Assembly: GCA_951406725.2 (NCBI GenBank)
Contig: OX597824.1
Coordinates: 52,948,001 to 53,012,000, forward strand
Length of the DNA: 64,000 nt
Direction of reading: 5' to 3'
Source: Octopus vulgaris
Taxonomy: Eukaryota
Under the pieces are notes generated by a model. That model made no database searches. It saw nothing but the letters and a program-made list of their open reading frames with translations, and was not told the origin of the DNA. Below, piece by piece: positions 29,836 to 49,321 of the stretch (position 1 is the stretch's first letter; each line of letters opens with the position of its first letter). A program made the translations under genes and the position numbers.

Positions 29836-32782
29836 ACATCAGAGGACTACTAACACACAGTAACAGGACAAAAGTCCCGTTCCTGAGAGACTTTGTCGTA
29901 TGCAATCAAGCCTTATGCATAGCACTCACAGAAACGCATCTGAAACCGGACATAGCAGATGCGGAATTACACATACCACAGTATGTTGTACTACGGACCG
30001 ACAGGAAAGAAAGGAGTCATGGAGGAGTTGCTATGTACATCCGTGGGGACCTCACACCCCAGGTCCTTTTGTCATACTCAAACTCGGTGTGTGACACACT
30101 AATTGTACACATAAGGCAACTTGATGTAGTTGTGTGTGCTACATATCGCCCTCCAGATGCCCCAAGTCATATGGGCAAGTTTGAGGACTGCCTTTTAAAA
30201 ATAGAAGAAGTTCCAATCACATTAGAACAACACATAAGTGTACTTCTCATGGGAGACTTCAATCTACCGAATGTCAGATGGCCCGAGGGCCTTTCTCTCC
30301 CAGGAATGACAAGATGTGAACGAGGACAGGCGAGGTCCCTCCTGAACCTCATCAAGACCCTGTACATGGAGCAAGTAATACTCCAACCAACCAGAGCAGG
30401 TAACACACTGGATCTCTGCTTCACAAATAATATGGATCTCATCCATAATGTGAAAGTGACACCGACACTACTCTCGGATCACAACATGGTAGAGCTGACC
30501 ATGTACGGGCCAAAAGAGAGCACGGACATGCAGCCTACAAGAAACCCTCAGAATCTTTCCAGCTTGAACTTCAATAAGGCAAACTGGAAACAAATTGAGA
30601 AAGAGATCCTCAAACAAAACTGGCCTGAATGTCTCTCCTCGCCGGACATCGACATGATACTTCAACAATTCATGTCTGTAATGCAAGCCATATGCTACAA
30701 ATGTGTCCCAGAGAGAAAGGCCACTGTACACAAGAACAAAATCCCCAGAGAGAGGAAAATTTTAATGAGACGGCGTACAAAGATTTCAAATCGCCTAAAC
30801 AAACAAATTGAAAGCAGTGAAAAGTCCCGCCTGAAAATAAAACTGTTGGAAATTGAAAATTGTCTGCAACTCTCCCATGAGAAGGAAAGAGCAGACAAAG
30901 AAGCCTGGGCTATAGACAACATAAAAACTAACCCCAGAGCTTTCTACAGGTATGCCAAAGAAACAGCTACGGTGCACTGTAGGATAGGGCCACTCCTTGA
31001 AAAGGATGGCACACTCACAGGAAAACCAATGAGGGTAAGTGAAATACTGAATGAACAATTCAAGAGTGTTTTCACTCCACCCCTTGGGCATTTCCAAATC
31101 AGCAATCCAACTGACTTCTTTACCACTGCAGATATAGAATCAGAGGCGGCGACGATAAATTACATCGATATAAAGGAAGACGATGTAATAAAGGCTATAG
31201 ATGAAATGAAAACAGACTCAGCTATTGGCCCCGATGGATTCCGGCAATCCTCCTAAAAGTATGTAAGAGAGTCCTAGCAAGACCACTGCAGTTCCTCTTT
31301 CAGAGCTTCCTTGCAGCTGGCAAACTTCCAAGAAAACTGAAGGAAGGTAAAATATGCCCTATTCATAAAGGAGGTAGCAGAGCGGAGGCCAAGAACTACA
31401 GACCTATCTCTCTGACCTCACACATCAGCAAGGTCATGGAACGAATAGTCAGAAGGAAACTAATCACCTTCCTTGAAGAAAATGACTTGCTGCCTGACAC
31501 CCAACATGGTTTCCGACCAGGAAGAAGCTGCTTAACTCAGCTCCTGCAGCACTATGACTGGGTGCTGAAACAACTGCTCAACCACTCAAATGTGGAAGTC
31601 ATATATCTCGACTTCGCAAAGGCCTTCGATAAAGTCGATCATGGAATGATATGTCACAAACTGCGTGATCTTGGCATAGTTGGAAAACTAGGAGAATGGC
31701 TTCATGACTTTCTGAAGAATAGAAGTCAGGTGGTAGCAGCCAATGGGGCCACTTCCATTAGCACGCAAATAGTGAGCGGTGTTCCACAGGGCACTGTTTT
31801 GGGACCACTACTGTTCATAATGGCCCTCTCAGACATGCCCTCAGCCACGCGGAGAGCCACGATCACAAGTTATGCAGATGATACAAAAGTTTCACAGGCA
31901 ATACAGAACCCTGAAGACACTAAGCACCTGCAATGTGAGCTGGACGAAATATACAAGTGGGCTGAAAAGAATAGCATGCAGTTCAATGCTGAAAAGTTTC
32001 AAGCTTTATACTATCAGCATGCAAAACTGAATGCAATACCCAATGAATACACTGGACCCGGAGGGATTGCAATCCCAGAGGCACAATCAGTGCGTGACCT
32101 GGGTATTCACATGAGTGATGACGCGACCTTTCATGTACATGTTGCTAAACTGACAATGAAATGTAGACGGCTGGCTGGATGGATTCTTAGAACCTTTAGA
32201 ACAAGAGAACAAGAAACCATGATGGTCCTCTGGAAGACACTTGTCCTAAGCCACTTTGACTATTGCTCTCAGCTATGGTCACCATCCAGTGTCAAGTTGA
32301 TCACAGAACTTGAGGCGATCCAACGAAGCTACACGAAGAAGATAGCCTCTGTGCAGCATATGAGCTACTGGGAAAGACTCAAGAGATTAAAGCTCTATTC
32401 CCTGGAGCGTAGGCGAGAAAGATATGCCATAATATATATCTGGAAGATCCTGGAAGGTCTTGTCCCAGACTTTGGCATCGAGAGTCACACAAATGCCAGA
32501 ACCGGACGCCACTGCGTAGTACCAAGGACTCCAAATTTGCCATCAAGATGTAGGACAAGATATTGTGATAGCCTGGGCTTCAGAGGCCCACGGCTCTTCA
32601 ATATCCTCCCGAAGAACCTGAGGGACCTGCATGGTGTAGATGCGGATGTCTTTAAAGTAGGACTGGATCTCTTCCTGTCAGGTGTCCCGGATGAACCAAC
32701 TTCACGGCAGGAGGTGCAGATGAGGGCAGCTGCATCGAACTCTCTCATGCATCAGATGGCGTTTGCTAAAAAGCATCCGTGA
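29823..32782 (+). pseudogene. LINE ORF2 (APE endonuclease + reverse transcriptase) with a single frameshift
   Basis: APE motifs NIRGL, LTETHL, YRPP, GDFN, LDL, SDH; RT motifs QHGFRPGRSC, YLDFAKAFDKVDH, GVPQGTVLGPLLF, YADD; C-terminal PDEP. One missing base at ~31241 (GPDGF|PAILLK). Confidence 0.93.
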
Positions 32783-32873
32783 GGTAAACCCGTGTAGCAA
32801 ACCAAATGGCGGTGCCCCAGCATGGCCACAGCTCATTAGCTGAAACTGGAAAAATCAAATCAAAATCAATCAA

Positions 32874-33350
<477 letters not shown>

Positions 33351-33351
33351 A

Positions 33352-33636
33352 ATTTGAGAACGTACGTTTCTAGATCAGCCAAATACAATTCGACATTTCT
33401 TTCGTCAGACCAAAATTCCTTAATTCGGATTTGTAAACACTGAAAGTAGGAGCATACCCTTTTGGTGACTTTTCACCTTCGAAGATCCGTTCAGACTACC
33501 AGTGCCAACAAATTCAATATATGCAAGCGAAGAATTTCTGTCCTCCCCTTTCCACCCACGTGGGCTAAGTTAGCAAACACCATAATTTTATCGGTGAAAA
33601 CCGAAGCATTAAACAGAGAGAAATGAATTATAATTT
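33352..33636 (-). repeat. Inverted partial monomer of the 565-bp array
   Basis: Near-identical reverse complement of ~33796-34080; includes a minus-strand HHR at 33353-33414. Confidence 0.95.
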
Positions 33637-36211
<2,575 letters not shown>

Positions 36212-36290
36212 TATATATAATATATATATAATATATATATATAAATATATATAATATATATATATATATAATAATATATAATATATATAT

Positions 36291-36333
<43 letters not shown>

Positions 36334-36334
36334 T

Positions 36335-36852
<518 letters not shown>

Positions 36853-36855
36853 TAT

Positions 36856-36992
<137 letters not shown>

Positions 36993-37016
36993 TTTTTTTT
37001 AAATATATAATTTTTT

Positions 37017-37080
<64 letters not shown>

Positions 37081-37118
37081 TATATATATATATTTTATAT
37101 ATATAATATATATTTTTA

Positions 37119-37277
<159 letters not shown>

Positions 37278-37300
37278 TATATATATAATATATATATATA

Positions 37301-37367
<67 letters not shown>

Positions 37368-37372
37368 ATATA

Positions 37373-37698
37373 TGGTGACCCCCTTCGGTCAGACACTGAC
37401 CATGGGTTTGCACCTAGAGAGTTACCCTCTGAGGCACAAGTCTGGGCAAGGTTGTTTTTTTTATGGAAGACCAGCAGTCGCCCATGCATATCGGCCTCCC
37501 TCTCCACGTCACCGATGTTCTCCAAGGGAAAGGCAAGGGCCGATACAGCTTGGCACCAGTGACGTCGCAACTCATTTCTACAGCTGAGTGAACTGGAGCA
37601 ACGTGAGATAAAGTGTCTTGCTCAAGAACACAACACGCAGCCCTGTCGGGGATTCGAACTCACAACCTCACGATCGTAAGCTCGACGCTCTAACCATA
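37373..37698 (-). mobile_element. tRNA-derived SINE with a Meta-like central domain
   Basis: Head ggttagagcg...gagttcgaatccc; central gtgttcttgagcaagacacttt...ctccagttcactcagctgtag. Further copies at 37801-38037 (-), 40222-40468 (+) and a fragment at ~61360-61445 (+). Confidence 0.85.
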
Positions 37699-37703
37699 TA
37701 ACT

Positions 37704-38125
<422 letters not shown>

Positions 38126-38419
38126 TTGAGTACGTACATGTTTCTTGATATATCTATATGCATGTATGTATCTATCTATCTATGTAAGCATATATGTACG
38201 TATATATCTGTGTGTATTTGTGTGTGTGTATGTGTGTGTGCACATAAATACATACATATATATCTCTCAAGAAGAATCATTAATCGAACGAAGAACTCAA
38301 TAATTCAAGTAGTGCTAGATTTATATTAAAAATAAAACAGTGATTTCGAAGGTTTTCCAAAACTCACATGTGAAATTGCAAATGAAAAACTGAAATTAAT
38401 TGTATAAAAACAGTTAAGA

Positions 38420-38825
38420 GAGGAGTGGTGTGTGGTAAGTAGCTTGCTTATGAACCACATGGTTCTGGGTTCAATCCCACTGCGTGGCACCTTGGGCAAG
38501 TGTCTTCTACTATACCCTCGGGCTGACCAAAGCCTTGTGAGTGGATTTGGTAGACAGAAACTGAAAGACGCCCTTCGTATATATGTATGTATATATGTAT
38601 GTTTGTCTATATGTTTGTGTCCCTGTGTTTGTCCTCCCAACATCGGTTGACCACCGATGCTGGTGTGCTTACGTCCCCGTAAATAGCGGTTCGGCGAAAG
38701 AGACCGATAGAATAAGTACTAGGCTTACAAAGAATAAGTCCTGTGGTCGATTTGCAAGACTAAAGGCGGTGCTCCAGCATGGCCACAGTCAAATCACTGA
38801 AACAAGTAAAAATAAAGGAGTAAAA
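38420..38825 (+). mobile_element. Full-length OR-like SINE with an unoccupied target motif (aagtagcttgctta)
   Basis: Same family as 8071-8475. Confidence 0.9.
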
Positions 38826-39035
38826 GAGACTTTTATAAATTGAAAGGAATAGTCTAATAACAGAAAAAAGCAAATAAAGAAACTTATAAGGCTAGAATAT
38901 GATTGATATACATATATATAATGAGGTGATAAATCCAAATAAGAAATTATGGTTAGGTTAATAATTTGTAATTGTTTATTGTTTCTACATGTTTGTGAGT
39001 GTTGTGTGTGTGAGTGTGTGTATGTGTGTGTGTGC

Positions 39036-39079
<44 letters not shown>

Positions 39080-39087
39080 GACGTGGA

Positions 39088-39437
39088 ACTTTGGGCTGGT
39101 GTCATCTACTATAGCCTCTGGCCGACCAAATCCCTATGAGTAGATTTGGTAAATGGAAGCTGAAAGAACCCCGTCGTATGTGTGTGTGTGTGTGCGTGCG
39201 TGTGTGTGTGTGTGTGTGTGCGTGTGTGTGTTTATGTGTCTGTGTTTGTGCCCCACCATCGCTTGACAACCGACGGTGGCGTGTCTACGTCCCTGTAACT
39301 TAGCGGTTGGGCAAAAGAGAACCGATAGAATAAGTACTAGGCTTATAAAAAATAACTGCTGGGGTCGATTTGTTTGACTAAATGCGGTGCTCCAGCACGG
39401 CCGCAGTCAAATGACTAGAGCAAATAAAAGAATAAAA
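39088..39437 (+). mobile_element. 5'-truncated OR-like SINE
   Basis: Body and tail gcggtgctccagcacggccgcagtcaaatgact. Confidence 0.85.
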
Positions 39438-39819
39438 TATGTATACACACACATACATATACACATATATACATACATATACGTTTAGTGAGTGTACGCT
39501 TGTGTGACTTTGAATACACGCTGTGTATTCTGTCAGTACCCATGAATGTGCGCATAAATGGAATGAAAAATCCGTATACATGTCTTCCTGGGGCAATAAA
39601 CGGCAGTAGCACTGTCCTGTATAGGACGCCATACTTAGTTGGCAATTATATGTGTATATATATAAATATATATAGGTTATGAGAAGTAATGGTGTCAAGA
39701 AGACCAAAGGTGTCAGGTAATGCTGAGTAAGTGCTATGGACTGACAATAGTTAAGCTCCACGTTCGGTGATTATGCGAATGAGGAATCTAACGTAGGTCA
39801 TATATCAGCATGTGTATAT

Positions 39820-40180
39820 AAAAAAAAAATTAACAGAATGAGATAAAAATCCAAGGCTGTGAAAGATTTCAGAATATTTATAAATAGAAGGTCTTACAGC
39901 TCTTTCCGTGATATTTTATATATCCCTTCATCGGAGACAGTGCGAGAAAATGGGTAAGCAATAGTTATTCTAGATAAGATATGAAATAGAGAATGAAGTG
40001 GAAGAATGAAAATAGACGTTAGATATGTAGGGATATTGCATCTTCAGTTCCATTATTTAGGCAGAATGGTATACATATAAGGTTCCTGCACCTTGTGATT
40101 AAGTTCCAATAGTATTTTAAAATGGTCATTCCAAGCATAGACTTTGTAAACGGTGTTATTGAATCGAGTTTTTTTAAAGT
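39820..40180 (-). mobile_element. PLE 3' terminus homologous to 5930-6285
   Basis: Diverged reverse complement of the first PLE's end, including a mutated HHR at 39891-39938. Confidence 0.75.
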
Positions 40181-40221
40181 ATATATATTAGAAAAAATAA
40201 ATGAGTGGAAATATGGGGGGA

Positions 40222-40623
<402 letters not shown>

Positions 40624-41202
40624 CGGAAAACCTGCCTTTTACATAGATATATAAGTGTGAACAATTCTATGTACTATGCTGGATACATTTGCTGTTCGTC
40701 TGGTATGTTGATTTTTGTTCATTTTATGTATCTTGAATTATGCTTGCACTGACGATTAAAAAGTACATTTTGCACACTAATTATTAAATCATATGATATG
40801 CAGCTGAATTCTGTTTTTAAAATGCTCGCTTCCAGAGTTGCATTCCCTCGAGTTCGGTACAATTTGTTTATTTATTATGGTAGTTTTCACTGTAAGAGTC
40901 CATCCTAGCGTGAGGCATTTATGTATAGTAATGCCCTTGATATAAATAAATATATTTAAGAGGAATAATTGATGGACTTTTCCCTTATGAGGTTTATATA
41001 TATATATATATATTTGAAAGTCTTTGTGACAATTATCTAATACAATTTTTAAGTATAAAAGATTTTCTTTTTTAAATTGCATTTTAAAAAAGTTATCAAA
41101 TCTTTTATCAAGGTGTTACTAACCTTTTCGGAAGAAATATTTTTTCTAGTGTGTGCGAGTGCTTTCGATTACCCTTTTCAAACACACGTGCTCTTGATAC
41201 AA

Positions 41203-41278
<76 letters not shown>

Positions 41279-41831
41279 ATGTATATATGTGTGTACGTAT
41301 GTTTGTATGCATGTGTGTCTATGTATATATATATATATATATATATACATGCATATATACATACATACAAGCATACAAGCACATATATATACATGCATAT
41401 ATGTATATATATCTATGTATATGTGTATATGTGTGTATATAATTTTGTTTACATGTGTATATGTGTGTTGCTTGTTTCCTCCTTGTCATCTCTTTTATTG
41501 CTCTTGTTGCCAACCTCAAATTACCTTTATCACACGCAACGTTAATTTTATTTACTATGTCTAGTTTATCTTATTACTTTTTAATTATGACGTACTATAT
41601 AGTCCCTTTTCTCTTTTTTCCTTCTTTCCTGTCCCTGTTTCCTTCCTTCTACTTCTCCCCTACTCCCTTTGCTTATTCTGGTCCTTCAATCGAATTCATT
41701 AATGTATCACCATGAATATAAACCTCATAATAGCTTCCGCTATTCACTCTCTCAGCCTTAACCTGGTTGGTAGGTCGTCTTGCACTATGTTCTATTTTGT
41801 GAGAAATTATAAGTTTTAACTTTTCTCTTTA

Positions 41832-41916
41832 TTCACCTGAAGAAAACGGGGTTTTTTTGCATGATGCAACGCTTTTGTTTATTAAAAAAGAACACCCCTG
41901 AAACAGTTGTAATGAA
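41832..41916 (+). ncRNA. Hammerhead-like motif with extended stem II
   Basis: uuca(c)-CUGAAGA-aaac-GGGGU...ACCCC-u-GAAACAG-UUGUA-(a)ugaa. Confidence 0.55.
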
Positions 41917-42879
41917 CCTCAACCCATCTGTATTCTTCACCTAACTCGAAACCTTCCATATGTTTCGATCTGGAGCCAATAGTCGACAGTGGAATACGTG
42001 CGATAAGTGTACCCTAGTGTGACTTCGAATAAACGTTGGGTATTCTGTCAGTACTTGTTGACGTGTGCAGAACTGGAATAACAAATCTATATTTACTTTA
42101 GTAAGTACGTATATGTCAGTAGACATTGTTACTGCACTGGTACATTATCCCTGATTCTACCTTGGTGCTTTTACTATGTAAATACCTGATTTTATCGGAT
42201 CCTGAAAATTTTATTTTATATATATGTACCAGATATATATATATATGTATATATGTATGTGTGATGTCTTTGAATAAAGGCAGAGAAACTCGTATTGTTA
42301 GTGTAGCTATTATTAAAAACGGAACGAAACTGACACCTTAAGTTCGTATACACAATAATACAGTGACTGTGGATGAAGGTGACATGAAGAAATTTTGAGA
42401 GAACGAAAGAATTCAAGTGATTTTTTAAATAAAACCAATCAAAACAAATGATTGATTAATTGATCAAACGATTAGTCAAGCAAACATTTACTTACTCAGC
42501 GAAATAAAAGCAGCAGGTGTGTTTTATTTGCATGTTTATAACTGGTAAATCCAAGAGACTGGCTTTTCTTCGTTATAATCAACAGACATACCTTCTCTGA
42601 AATCTATCCAGAGTTTTACTCACCTATTGCAGTTATTTACAAGTGTCCACTATCTACTAGTTTCTATTTTTCTGTGCAGCTGTCACACGATTATTCTCAT
42701 GAATCATCTAGGACAAAATGTCAAGAGCGAAGTCCCTCGCTACCAACGCATTAAGATCGGCACCAGCATACCAAACCGATGTTTCAGCCATTTAAATAGA
42801 ATGTTTCTGAAGAAATGAGAAAATTACGGAGATAGTGAACAAATTATTTGTTGAAGTAAAAATCCGACCAATATTTTTA

Positions 42880-44446
42880 ATATGTTATGAGCCCATCTGC
42901 GCTTTTAAAGATCTTAATGTTGAGCGTCATTACGCTTCAAAACCTTCGAGGTACAATAGTATTAGAGGAGCTGTTAGAAATTAAACAATTGAAGCATTAT
43001 ACAAACGGGTTGATAGCCTAAATACGTTGTTTTGTAAAAGGCAGCTTGAACTCGAAGAATTGTGCATGCGAGATAAGTCGCTAGAGAAAAAACTGCCAAA
43101 CATTCAAAAACTTAAATCCAAGAGACTGGCTTTTCTTCGTATTTGACAGCGAATTTGTAAATGAAAGTTCTTTGGCAGTAGTTGAACATTTGTGTGCGGA
43201 AAAGTGAAATATGTTTCACAAAATTAGCTTGTCTCCTGGGACAATAACAAGACAGGTTGAAGAAATTGCAGCAGATCTCGAAGGTACGCTGTCAAACAAA
43301 AATAATTTGATTCGTTTTCACTGCCTATCGATATATACTTTTTATATATGATATTGAAAAATCATTTTATATCACAAAAATTACTGTTCAGACAATGAAA
43401 TGTTCCGTTACGAGATACAACGTTGATGAAGTGCGCAAAGCAACAACGAAATTGAATCTCTCACCTCAAGAGGCTCGTCAGTGTAACAACAGACGGGGAC
43501 CCAGCAATGATTGGACCAAAGATAGGTCTCCTATCCAAATTAAAAGACGAATTAACTTCTTTAAATTAGTAAACGGTGACGTTGCAACGATTGATTGAAT
43601 AATTCATCAAGAAAATTATGTGGAAGTCTTTAAATTTAGAAATATTATGTGTGTAGTTATTTCAAAAATAAGTTTCATTAAATCCCTAGCACTTAACTAT
43701 CGCCTATCTAAAGAGTTTTAAACGAACTTAAAGGGGAGTATGGCAATTTAGTTTAATTCTTTGTAATTTGCATTGAGGTGAAGACGCTTCAATGATTGTA
43801 TCGCCTCAAAGAAGAGATATGCGCCTCCTAATGTATGAAGGGTAAATTTGTCCCTGAGCTGAAGAATAACTGGGTTTGTAACCTTGCATTTCTCATAGAA
43901 AGCACAACCCATTCAATTGATCTCAATTTAAAATTGCAAAACTGCCGGTTTGGAAGAATTAATTCAGGACTGGCAATGTTTGCCATTTCCAACACGGTCC
44001 TTGCTGCGGAGCTAAGTGAGTTGAAAAAGAACTGAACAGCAAATTTAAGGACTTCAGAACCGGAGAAGATAACTTTAGCCCTTTTGGGAATCCATTTAAC
44101 ACCGAAAAATTATCATGATTGGAAATGCAAATGGAAATAATTGAGCTTCAGAGTGATGAGTTTCTTCAGCAAAAATCTAACGATGAATGTTTAATGCAGT
44201 TTTATAGAACGCTTCCTGTAGAAAATTATACCCAAATAGTGTACTTTGCTAGGGGATATACCACTATGTGTGGTAGTACGTATAAATGCGAACAACTTTA
44301 TCCTAAAATGAAAATAATAAAGTCAAAAAACTAGGTTAAGATTTACCGGTATTCACCTCGAAGATAATTTACTAGCTGCAACATCGCAAATATCTGCAAA
44401 TATTGGAAAAGTTGTAGAGAATGTACAGCGCTAAGTTTCTCACTAA
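42880..44446 (+). mobile_element. Highly degenerate hAT (Buster/SPIN-like) transposase
   Basis: Fragments NVERHYASK, ISLSPGTITRQVEEI, TDG..AMIG, IIHQEN, WVCNLAFL...DLNLKLQ, QMEIIELQSD and GSTYKCEQL; possible subterminal end at ~45300-45360. Confidence 0.85.
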
Positions 44447-47400
44447 AATTTGTCAGTGAATTATTTCTGGTTAATTCAATACAAATGAATAATAAATACG
44501 ATGTATTTTGCCTGTATTTTGTTAGGCAGTGTTTTAATCAGTGTACGTGGTTTGGTGGGACTATTTTCCTCGTTTACGTTGCTCATGTTCTTTACTGCAC
44601 TTCTATCATTATAATACACCCGACTTGTCAGGTTACGTTAATTTGTTTTACAGTTTCTCTTGTTTTTACTTTTTAGTTCCTTCCCTTTAATCATGTTTCC
44701 CTTTTTACCCTAGTACCATTTTCATCATTTTAAACTTAGCGATTTTCATTAAGGAAGATCATACGTGTAAACATCTTTTGCTTTAGCAATAGGAAACGTT
44801 CATAATCTTTTTTTTTCTCTGAAGAGGAATTATATATTTTCGTTTTAAAACTATTCTTATATAACCAAATGAATAAATTAGAAAGAAATCTTACTACTTA
44901 TTTGAATATTTTTATATGTACGCTATCCTTCAATTTAAAAGCGAGTGATGAAATTATTTAACGATTGTTAAATGTGAACCTGTGATTTAAAAAATAGTAT
45001 TAGTAAAATTTTGATACACAAATTATGAAACCATTAACTTTTTTCAATACACGGATCATACAGATATTAATATTTAATAAATTGATTTTTCAAGTAATCA
45101 ATTTTTTCCATTTAGTGTATCATAACAGTATCGTACATTTATCACACTGCCATCAATGACAATATTATAGCAATACTTACAATTTTTAACTTTAGCAAAA
45201 TTCTTTTCTCTAAAACAAAAAAAACTGTCCTCCATATTTAAGGTAGACACTTATGTGTATAGTCTTCTATAATGAAAATTACCTCAATTCTTTTTAGTGA
45301 TGCGGCTCGCCTTATGATTAGCCATATCTTATGCGACCCACTGTTCAAGAAATGTATGCATTGTTATTGAGAATACGAGGTGGTGTATCACCTCAGGAGT
45401 GAAATTCAATGAAACTCGAAAGAAGTACTATCTATTAAATTGGTATTATTACCATCTCGAACATCACCTATCCTAGGCCGTTCTTTATTACTGATAGAAA
45501 TATCAATCACTTTAGAGATTGTCACATTAATCAGAAGTTTCATTAACTGATCTCTAAATTCAAGAATATTTTATCTTAAATAAACAATATTTTCTTAATT
45601 TTTATTAAAGTAAATCTAAACATGTCAGACATTTTTTTGCAAAGAACCGTTATGCATATTGTCGTCATATAAAATATATTTTGAATTTTGATAATATATT
45701 ATTTTAACCTAATTTTACGTTGATTTTATTTTAAATCTTCGTATGAAGAAGTTTATATTTTCTCGATATGTAAAGGACGATATGTTCTCAATATCTTTTT
45801 CTTATTTCAAAGCATTACTGTGATGTCTGACTGGCTGTAGCAGATACAAAAATATCTATAAGAGCTCACATAGTTAAATATTTTTCTCGTGTTTTGAAAG
45901 CAAATTCTAGCTCAAAATAAATGCAAGAAGTACGCTAATTTTTGTCGACCCTAAGAAATATAGCATTCTTTTAGAAATATGTGACATAATTCCAATGTGA
46001 GAAATCAATATTTGGAAGGTGTTAATATTATAGAGAAAAGGGTTCATTAACCCAGGCCGAAATTTTGCCGAGATTTTGTTTCAGTTCTCTGCTAAAAAGG
46101 AACAAGCTTCCCATATAGATATATATAATATATATCGATCGTTACGTCGTTTCAATTTAGTGATGTAGCTAAATTACATCATACAACTAATTCCTTTATA
46201 TAAAAGATCACAATTACACATTTCCTCTCGAAAATATAAGGTAGTTATGTTTGGTCAAATGAGATCAATATTTTCTCTGTGGCGGCGGTGCTGCAGGTGT
46301 AGCAGAATGATTCACTCATCAAAGATTGACAGAATAGTTACCTCTTAAAATGTAAAAAGTCGAGGAAACAAGTAAATCTATCAAAGCTGATTGTGTCTAC
46401 GCCTCGATATATTTTATTTTAATCTGAACTATAAAAAGAAACCTCTTTTTTCTTTTTTTTTAGTGAACAACATTCTACAAAATGTTCGATTATGTTATAT
46501 GTATGTTAGGAAAACATCTGAAAATTATCAATATCTCAGGGGAAACTTTGATCAAACACAAGATAGAACATTAGCTGGTGTAATACACACAGCGACAAGC
46601 CAAGAAATTACTATCGATTTAAACATTAAAATCTATTTAGTTTTTCTCGCATAAATCGGATAGCAATTAATGTTTAATCAAACGATGTGTTTCGGCCTCC
46701 TGTCTCACTTTCAGTTAATAAACAAACCCACCTTAAAATATTCTTACTAATTTCCGATAAACAACTCATTAAAATAACTAACAAACAAAACCCCACTTCT
46801 CTGGGCAATGTAGCATGGTGGGGAGGGTGCTTCAACTACTCTAGCACAATGCAACAAGAGATCAGATTTCGAGAAAGGCAGGCAAACTAAATTAATCTGG
46901 AGAAATAGCATTATCTTTTTCTGAAAAAAAAAAAAGAAAAAGAGAGATCATACCATTTGTTGTTTTCCGATAGAAATCAAGAACAACTGTTTTTCTGCTT
47001 TAAAAGATAATACTGAAATGCATAATGAAGTTTAAGCTTTTATGTAGCATTTCATGTGTAAAGAAATAAGAACGACGGGAAGTAGAGTAGAGTTTGCTGA
47101 TAACTTCAATTATTAAAGATAGGGAACATGAATAATGAATACTTGCGAAGCAAAACTTTGTTTTCAAGGTCACAGTGTTGGCAGGGGCAATGAATTAATC
47201 AGAAAGATTCTTCACATTATATCGTATACACAGTTCTTATGTGTTCGTACAATAAATTATTTTGTTGTCGCTAATTTTCGTTCATACCAGTACAAGTGCT
47301 AGAAACATGAATTTTTAACACTTGCTAAAAATATTGAAGACCTAATGGAAGTAATTAGTTGAAAGTATTTGAACAAGAAATGGCATTTCCGAAGTATCAG

Positions 47401-48519
47401 GTTTTCTAGGATTTTCTACTAATGAAGTAATTAGCCTATTTGTTGTGGAAATTCTCTCTGAAAGGTGGGATATATTCACTAGAACTTGCGTATTTTATCA
47501 CTTTGAAGCTTTTAGAATTTAATTCCAACTGGACAAAGTCTCCTGAAATACATATTTTGTTTTATCCAGCATTGAGAGAAATTCCAGTTAATAATTTTAG
47601 GCTTACGTCATTCAGTACAGTACCTCTTTTACTTAGTTATCGAAATCCATATCATTGACACACTGGAATTATTTCCCGTCGTTTATTTCACTTTTTATGG
47701 AAATTACTACTGACAAGAAATGCTCAAAACACATTCTAAAAGTAAAAGTCATGTGTCAATTGACGAAAGCAGACTCCATGTGGTTCGGTAAGACTGAAAA
47801 ATTCTCTTGTCGGCAATCAAAGATAGATATTTCCAAGATATTTCTATGTCAATTAATTTTGTGAGATTAATTATAATTATGTTCTAATTATAATTATCTT
47901 CTATCTCCTTAAGAAGTTGCTAGCAATTACAGCTAGGTTTTGTTTTCTTTCCTCAAATAAGGAAGACTGAGGGTCTTTTCAATTAATTGCGAATATTATG
48001 CCGACAACATTATCACATATTAACTTATTAATGATAAGATGGTTAAATCTTTATCCGTTGCTATACTATCTCGGCTTTCATGTTATACTTTTCCCTTTCT
48101 CATAAACTTAAGAAGCGTATATTAAAATATTTATATTATATAGTGCGAATATATTGTCTGCAAGTAAGCGTAATAGTTTCTGACTACATATATTTTGTTT
48201 AATATTTACATTCTGTGGGTCGTAATCAGGTATGCAATTTAGATGGGTATATTTAGCAATCCGCTGTACTTGAAATCTGAATAATATTCTTTTTTCCTTT
48301 ACTTTTTAGAAATTTACAATATTTCAAATATTCTATATAATCGAATTGACAATAACGGTGAATCCAGCAATAAAACTCGTTATTTTAAGGGGGGAAATAG
48401 GGAATACTCACAAAGAAACTCACACACGTGCGTGTGTGTGTGTATGTGTGCGCGCGAGTGTGTATTGTACGATAGATATAGATATAAATATATAGATATA
48501 TATAATATATATCGATCTA

Positions 48520-48770
48520 TCCATACATCTTCTGTGCCTAATATTCCTGGGACGATCGTTGGAGTAGAGCCCTCAGGCACATACTCCATAGTGTCCTGTC
48601 AGAAGTAAATCCCATTAGGCTTTCAGTCTGAATTCTCGAATGTAACCAATCGCGACAATGGATCCATCCATCTCGCTCTCGGTTTGCCCCGAGGTCTCCT
48701 GCTCGTTGGTTCCGTCTTACAATTCTTTCCTGCTAATTCATTGACAGTTCCTCTGAATCTGTAAAACGCA
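48520..48770 (-). mobile_element. RTE-like LINE 3' fragment
   Basis: Minus-strand RRPRGKPRARWMD followed (frameshifted) by SDRTLW, typical of RTE-clade C-termini. Confidence 0.55.
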
Positions 48771-49243
48771 ATTGAATAATTGAATAATTTGGGGGAAAAT
48801 TACAATATTATAATAGTCAAAATAACTTCTCCTGGATATGTGATGCTAAATCATTAGAACCAGACAGTATAAATAAGTCACGTCATTCTTTGTTTGTTAA
48901 AACTCATCTACATGAAGAAAAACTATTTCATGAGCAATTTTTATAATGCATACACACTAGTTTAATAAATGGTAAATCTGTAAATATATGCGTAAATGAA
49001 TTGATAGCTGAATTAATAATATGCAGTAAACAGGTACCAAGTTCAATCAATGACAGATAAATAACTGGAGAAAAATCATAAATAAAAATAATCTGTAAAA
49101 GATACATATATCAACATTCTCATACCCAGGTGTAAACATTCAAATAGCAAATATTTATGTATACATTTATGTATACATTTTCTATATATATCCTTACATG
49201 CACGCGTGTTCATACACCGATACACACACACACACACACACAC

Positions 49244-49318
<75 letters not shown>

Positions 49319-49321
<3 letters not shown>

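Noticed and set aside
42547-43140. 27-bp exact duplication (aaatccaagagactggcttttcttcgt) at 42547 and 43114
   Set aside because: Most likely a local rearrangement within the decayed hAT element; no further structure.
44500-48400. Repeat-poor AT-rich stretch that could hold host exons or enhancers
   Set aside because: No convincing ORF, splice pattern or structure visible; cannot be assessed without alignment.
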